A stretch of 63,732 nt of DNA, the filler included, from Perkinsus chesapeaki ATCC PRA-425 (lineage: Eukaryota; Protista; Perkinsozoa): assembly GCA_013115145.1 (NCBI GenBank). It is 3 parts of 3 records of this genome, joined end to end, with 100 filler letters (N's around TTAATTAATTAA, not from the genome) between each part and the next. Parts side by side here need not be neighbours in the genome. Positions count along the whole stretch, not along the records: positions 58,700 to 63,732 come from JAAPAO010001203.1; 2 more parts are not named here. One strand, given 5' to 3'. Shown in pieces: positions 60,142 to 63,732 of the stretch. The notes beneath the pieces were generated by a model. It saw only the letters and a list, made by a program, of their open reading frames with translations, was not told the DNA's origin and did not search any database. Position 1 is the stretch's first letter. Every line of letters starts with the position of its first letter. The position numbers and the translations under genes were made by a program.

Positions 60142-63100
60142 CTAGGCCACGGTCAGCCTATACCGTTTTGTCGGTGATGCCACTGCACTCAGACCAATAC
60201 TTCCCCGCTCCTCGGTAACTATTGACGGTTGCGATGATTTCGATCGACGTTTTCGTGGGGCTGGAGCACCTGTATATAAGAAAAGCATGCCAAAAAATTG
60301 AGGGAAAAATCCGCCAGCCGGGGATCGAACCTCCGAATGAAACGTCTGCCAGAAACCAAACTAACATTGTCAATTTTGCACGCTACCCCAAATTTCCATC
60401 AAAAACATCAAGTAAGCATATAATTTACATCGCGGATTACTCATTCGCTTGAGAAGAGCCCTAATGCCTTTTACCCTAACAAGGATAATCACGTCTCTCC
60501 AAAGCGTGTTTCACGATGATACACTCACATATTTTCCCAAGTTTTCCCATATTTTCCCATATTTTCCCAAGTTTTCCCATATTTTCCCAAATTTGCCATA
60601 TTTTCCCGTATTTCCCAATATTTTCCCTCTCTCCACCTTACTATTGTAAATAGCTTCCTTAAACGTACTGCACGTATCTCCACCCATCAACAACATCCTC
60701 CTCCTAGCGATCGCCGCTCTCGTACCTGCGTTAAGGAAATGCAAGACATTGCAAGATTGCAAGATTACACTGTGCTGGAGGCATCTCCCTTGCTAATGCC
60801 AAGTCCAATGCGGTTAAAGTTGACGGTTCTGAGGACGGCTCCTCAACGAAACGCTTCCGTTTGCACTTAGGTGTTAATATAACCGCTCTAGATGAGGACG
60901 ACGCCGAACAACTTCTGAGAGAAAACTACAATTGACGGCGGAGCGAAGGGGAGAATTGATATGGAAAAACAGGCAAAGGGATCCAGAGTCAATCATCTAC
61001 TTCACCTCGTGGGGCAGGGTCGAAGGTCTTACTCATCGCATTGACGGAGTTAACATTGTTTTTGTATAGTCAAAATAGAATATAGTAATAAAGATATTGA
61101 TAATAATTATACCACATTTCCCTCAACTTACCCCAAACACTCCCCTATTCCAAAGACCGAAGGGCTAGATGCCTCCACACTAGACGATGAAGAGGAGGAG
61201 GAGGAGCTGCCTCCTGCTGCTGCTGCTGCACCTCCCCCTTCAACCCCTGTTGAACTTCGCCTCCTCTGCCCAGGCTCGTGAGAATGCATCGACGAAACAA
61301 CAGCAGTAACGCTGAAAAGATGAGAAATAAAAAACAACAACTTTTTCGAAACGGTTGATCGATTTCGAGCCGGAATTTCCGGCATGAAAAATTCATCATA
61401 AACACGGTATGGCTCTCAGACCAATTTTACTATTGATGATATCAAGGTAAACGAGCAGATAAAACTAGTGACATAAAATAGAAGAAAAATTCAACGTGCA
61501 AAAAGTATGGCGAACATCCAAGATTTTTCATAGTCTTTTAAACACCGCAGCAGTAATAACATCCCACAGCCAGATGAAATAGCTCTCACTCGAATCCAGG
61601 CCTCATATCAGCTCTCAACAAAGCCAGTTTCCTCTCCACATTGGTTCCACTAGCGCTCTCTCTGTCCAATACCGTTGATGCTGCCTCGCTCACAGCCGCA
61701 AATGCTAACACATCTCCAGGATAGAACAATACCGATCTGAACACACAAACCTTGCTAGTAGAGATCCTCATATTCAGACCAATGAGTCACTGCCGGCGGC
61801 GGTGACATGCCGAGGCTTACCCAACCACGCACTGGCTTTAGAATAATCAGATATAGAAGGTTACTCCAAGTATACCGACTTTATTGTATTTCTATATAAT
61901 TGGAAGTAAGTTCAACTGAGCTCCTCAACACTGGTGTGCCTGGTACAGAATTCAGACAACACTTCATCCCACCCACGTTGCTGCGTACGTGGCAATATAT
62001 AAGTAAAGTTCCAACGTCCGAGCTTCTCTATTATAAATAAATAATAACAATATAAATAAGTACAAGTACTAACCGTCACTGAATACCTCTTCAGTACCAC
62101 TTTTCTCACATTTCATATAAAATCACCAATTTACTGTCCAAGCTTTTCGTAAATTATAAAGTAGAAATCTCCATCAGGTACTACCTTCCCCTAAACGCTT
62201 CATTTAACAGAGCAATAGCCTTCTGCTGAAGCCTCTTCCTCAGGTCGCCGTCATTAGTGATACTTCGTACAATCTAGACAGTAAAAGCAGCAATAATACC
62301 CTATCCATCCTATTCACAGTCTCTAGTCGACGCAGTGAGACTTTTTATTACGCAATAAATTCACTTTATCAAATCTCCCCACTGTAGCTTATAGTCGAGC
62401 ATCAAATAGTTATTAAGACATAATTGTTTCATATCAAATAATTTACCCATTACCCATAAACTTGAAGGAGATAGATTATTTCGTCCCACATAACAGTTTT
62501 CCTCAGTCTCACCCCCGCGAATGGACGCGCCTTTTCAGTGATCTGAGCTTCGACATACACGTCTGGACGCCCTCCTACCTTTATACACCACCCCGAATAC
62601 TTCTACAAAACTGCATGGAAATTATATTATAATTGATACAAAGTATAATGGATTAACATCGTAAATTACAATCAGTATCATTTCGACCATTACCAATAAT
62701 ATAAAGTAAGCCCCCCCTAAGACTTCACTAATATCCTCTCTCGCCACCTCCCTTCCCCTTACTACCCCATTTACGTGCTTATGCGGCAAATTAAGATCGA
62801 ATTCAAAGCCTGTTAAACACATTATAGCTTCCTCAGTCTCACAGATATCCTGTGCCATCTTCTGCAGTGCCTGAAAATCGATCACGTGATCGATTTCAAG
62901 AAAGCTGCAGATATTACTTTTTGTGTGGTATAGCGGGGTTGCCGTTCAAGCTTCTCATAACAGTCAAGCAGTTGGTTCATCCTCAAACGTATCTTACGCA
63001 CCCGAAAGATTCTTCAAAGCTCAATAAGATTGCATCTCAAACCTACCGGCGATCTTTCGCATGATTTATATGCCAGAAAAGTGGCAGCCAAAACCACTGG

Positions 63101-63392
63101 TCTCCATCCGTACCGCTGAACCGCGAAATTAAAATACGGTTTTTCTATCAGAATATCACCTTCAAACTATGCACTGCATAGAACAGATGACAGTACCACA
63201 TCGCAGTGGCTCGTATCTCATAAAAATCATCCAGACTGATACCAAATGAGTTTGCAGGGATGCAGTAATCGGCCCAAACCCGCTGGCAAACCTAAGCCCA
63301 GATTTCCGGTGGAACTAATATATCGCACCATTTACCTTGTCCACGAAATCAGCATGCCGAACCACAGCACGGTCCTCAGTTATGTCTGTCAT
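60142..63392 (-). CDS. Transcription-type cyclin (cyclin K/T/L-like), multi-exon
   Basis: Splices give 'RATAMWYCHLFYAVHSLK|RYGWRPVVLAATFLAYKSCERSP', 'ETEEAIMCLTGFEFDLNLPHKH' and 'QKAIALLNEAFRGR|SVLFYPGDVLAFAAV' (two cyclin boxes), then a Ser/basic tail ending at 60142. The ATG at 63392 directly follows a pyrimidine tract plus AG. Confidence 0.8.
60529..60627. repeat. 10-bp tandem repeat (ATTTTCCCAT/GTTTTCCCAT/ATTTTCCCAA), ~10 copies, in a cyclin intron
   Basis: Visible directly in the sequence. Confidence 0.92.
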
Positions 63393-63593
63393 CCTAAGAA
63401 GCAACAGATTAGGGAGATGAAGAATGAACATATATTCTATATGTTATAATTTTAATATTATTAAATAGTAAACTTTATAAATGATAATTATGTAAGTTCA
63501 ACACCACCATTCCTTATCCTTCCTACTAAGGCTCGCTGGCTCCCACAGAGATAGTAAATGGTATGGGTTATAGTATGTTATATAATATAGTAA

Positions 63594-63732
63594 TACAGTA
63601 AATTATACAGTAAATTATACAGTAAATTATACAGTAAATTATACAGTAAATTATACAGTAAATTATACAGTAAATTATACAGTAAATTATACAGTAAATT
63701 ATACAGTAAATTATACAGTAAATTATACAGTA
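63594..63732. repeat. 12-bp perfect tandem repeat (TACAGTAAATTA)n, at least 11.5 copies, running off the window
   Basis: Visible directly in the sequence. Confidence 0.97.

Overview
Eukaryotic nuclear DNA from an intron-rich protist, not a prokaryote. Many ~45-60 nt GT-AG introns, intronless multicopy-type genes and the gene families present fit a Perkinsus-like alveolate (inference; no database search was possible). Three N-gaps interrupt the window. Two carry a TTAATTAATTAA linker, so 1-28973, 29074-58599 and 58700-63732 may not be true neighbours. Genes reconstructed by hand-splicing or read directly: two tandem intronless amino-acid permeases, an SLC36-like permease, an MFS (DHA1-like) transporter, a frameshifted S41-like peptidase, a site-2 protease (M50), a subtilisin, a DHRS4-like SDR ending in SRL, tRNA-Arg(CCU), a GH18-like protein, an Mpv17/PMP22 protein, LSG1 GTPase, a BTB/POZ protein, a hAT transposase-like remnant and a transcription-type cyclin, plus several minisatellites. 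Most short ORFs in the supplied track are antisense shadows or exon fragments. No new multi-gene system can be claimed with confidence. The least-explained signals are non-coding: two GC-rich motif families recurring inside tiny introns, ~10-bp-phased A/T clusters in other introns, G-run donors, and a structured ~45-nt motif shared by two distant loci. Exon models are manual and outer boundaries are approximate where stated.
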